A stretch of DNA of 64,000 bases from Lepidodermella squamata. Its lineage: Eukaryota > Animalia > Gastrotricha. Location: the NCBI GenBank assembly GCA_047495785.1, contig JBLDXI010000002.1:1240001-1304000 (forward strand). Reading direction: 5' to 3'. Below, piece after piece: positions 62,620 through 64,000 of the stretch. Below the pieces are notes generated by a model. That model did no database searches. It was not told the origin of the DNA and was given only the letters and a program-made list of their open reading frames with translations. Position 1 is the stretch's first letter. The number at the start of each line of letters is the position of its first letter. A program made the translations under genes and the position numbers.

Positions 62620-64000
62620 ATAAAATTCGAGAAAATATAATATTTAATAGGATTTTTCTTGTTTTCGTGGAATAATATTGGATCTAATAAGCTGTCCCAC
62701 TTTAAAATTGGATCCAAATCTCCAGTTAGGATTCGTTTACAATATTTTGGATTTTTTTAGATAGCTAACGGCTGAATTAAATTGGAAAATTCTTAGACCC
62801 CACGATTAATCAACTCAATTTCGATAATGGATAGAGTGGTTCTATTTAAAGACCTTATATCGAGAGTCACTTTGAGTTTCGAGTGTTCCCAGGCGTTTTT
62901 TTCAAGCTAATTAGAAAATTTGAGCTGGAAATTAGGCAAATTCCAGGGCAAAATGCGAGTCTTAAACGATGGGTCATCATTTTCTGAAGTACCATCAATA
63001 TTTCCCATGGAAAAACAAGCGCTGATTCCCCATTTATGAGCAACGCGATGTTATTTGGTGATTTAATCGATCTCAGCACTGCGGTATAAATAATAAATAG
63101 CTACAGCTTCAATCAATACCCTCGTTCTTCTTTCAATCAATTACCTTATCATATAATCATCATCATCAGGTGTGACACGTGATTCCCTGTGGATTTCATG
63201 CCGCTTGCGAAAAATCGATCCGGCTCTGACGACGCTTCTCGAAAAATATTTCACGTGCTATTTTTTCATCGACCGCACTTGCGGGTTTAATTGCAAGATT
63301 ATGATGCACGATTGTTTCTTCACCGGCCTCCTACTCGTCACTGAGAAAATCAATGCTTGCGACAAAGATGAGGAGAGAAGGAAAAAAAAACGACGACTTG
63401 AAACATAACGACGCACTTCGTTTATTAGTTATTGTTATCATATTGGCATATATTGTTGATATTATAATGAAAGGACACCGGCGACACAACAGTGAAGATT
63501 GCGACTAGGCTATCATTATTTGCTGTGCTGATCAGTGATACAACAACAAATTTAGTGACTCGAAACAGCATTTTTATTCAACAGCTTAGAAGATTCAGTA
63601 AGGTGGACTGCTCATTCATAATTTGTGCTACAAAAAATACTGCGTGCGTGCACTATTATTCGATTTATTATTATTGTTGTTATCGTTTTCTAAACTCAAT
63701 TTTTGCACGAATAATGCATGCGAAAATACCACAGAAGAATCAGATGATTAACGTGACTTTTGTTGTATTTTTACTCTACAAAGCATCACAACTTACACAA
63801 CGAACGAACCAAAAAATGAGAGATTAAGAGAGACAACTCAAAAGACACTCGGCTGATAATAACATTCAATCAATAGTTTCGTATCATCAATATATTTATA
63901 GGAAAAGTCAATCATGGATAATGTTTAACTGATGCGCGTTTGTGTGAGCAGGAAACGGCTTACACGTTCGATTGATCTTAGTTTGGTTCGTCGCCATCGC

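Overview
This is eukaryotic (metazoan, probably invertebrate) genomic DNA with a compact layout. Most introns are AT-rich and about 50 nt, many genes are intron-poor, and I cannot name the species. Recognisable genes: sprouty (+), an ~2,450-aa secreted protein with 11 CUB domains and mucin-like linkers (-), aspartylglucosaminidase AGA (-), glucosidase I MOGS (-), SREBP (-), an orphan 2x4-TM membrane protein (-), a PCGF/Psc-type RING-RAWUL protein (-), RBM34 (-), a goliath/RNF150-type PA-TM-RING ligase (-), a C2H2 zinc-finger gene (+), a two-domain C-type lectin (+), a CSPP1-like protein (-), TTC8/BBS8 (-), ERICH2 (+) and a divergent 14-3-3 (-). The main higher-order signal is an apparent operon / SL trans-splicing architecture. 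Co-oriented minus-strand genes lie 125-211 bp apart, the spacers share a poly(A)-like hexamer followed by a TTGTCGTTGTT-like element, and unpaired splice acceptors sit just upstream of most ATGs. Downstream of AGA, a ~2.6-kb block bounded by ~130-bp direct repeats carries an intronless trypsin-like ORF (catalytic His replaced by Arg) and a convergent, nearly charge-free secreted hydrophobic ORF. Mobile DNA includes a MULE transposase relic in the 3.3-kb AGA intron, two 9-bp-TSD MITEs (one a foldback element with internal TTAGGG repeats), a TA-flanked long-TIR element, and CR1-like and RTE-like LINE 3' fragments. Exon boundaries were read by eye and may be off by a few bases.
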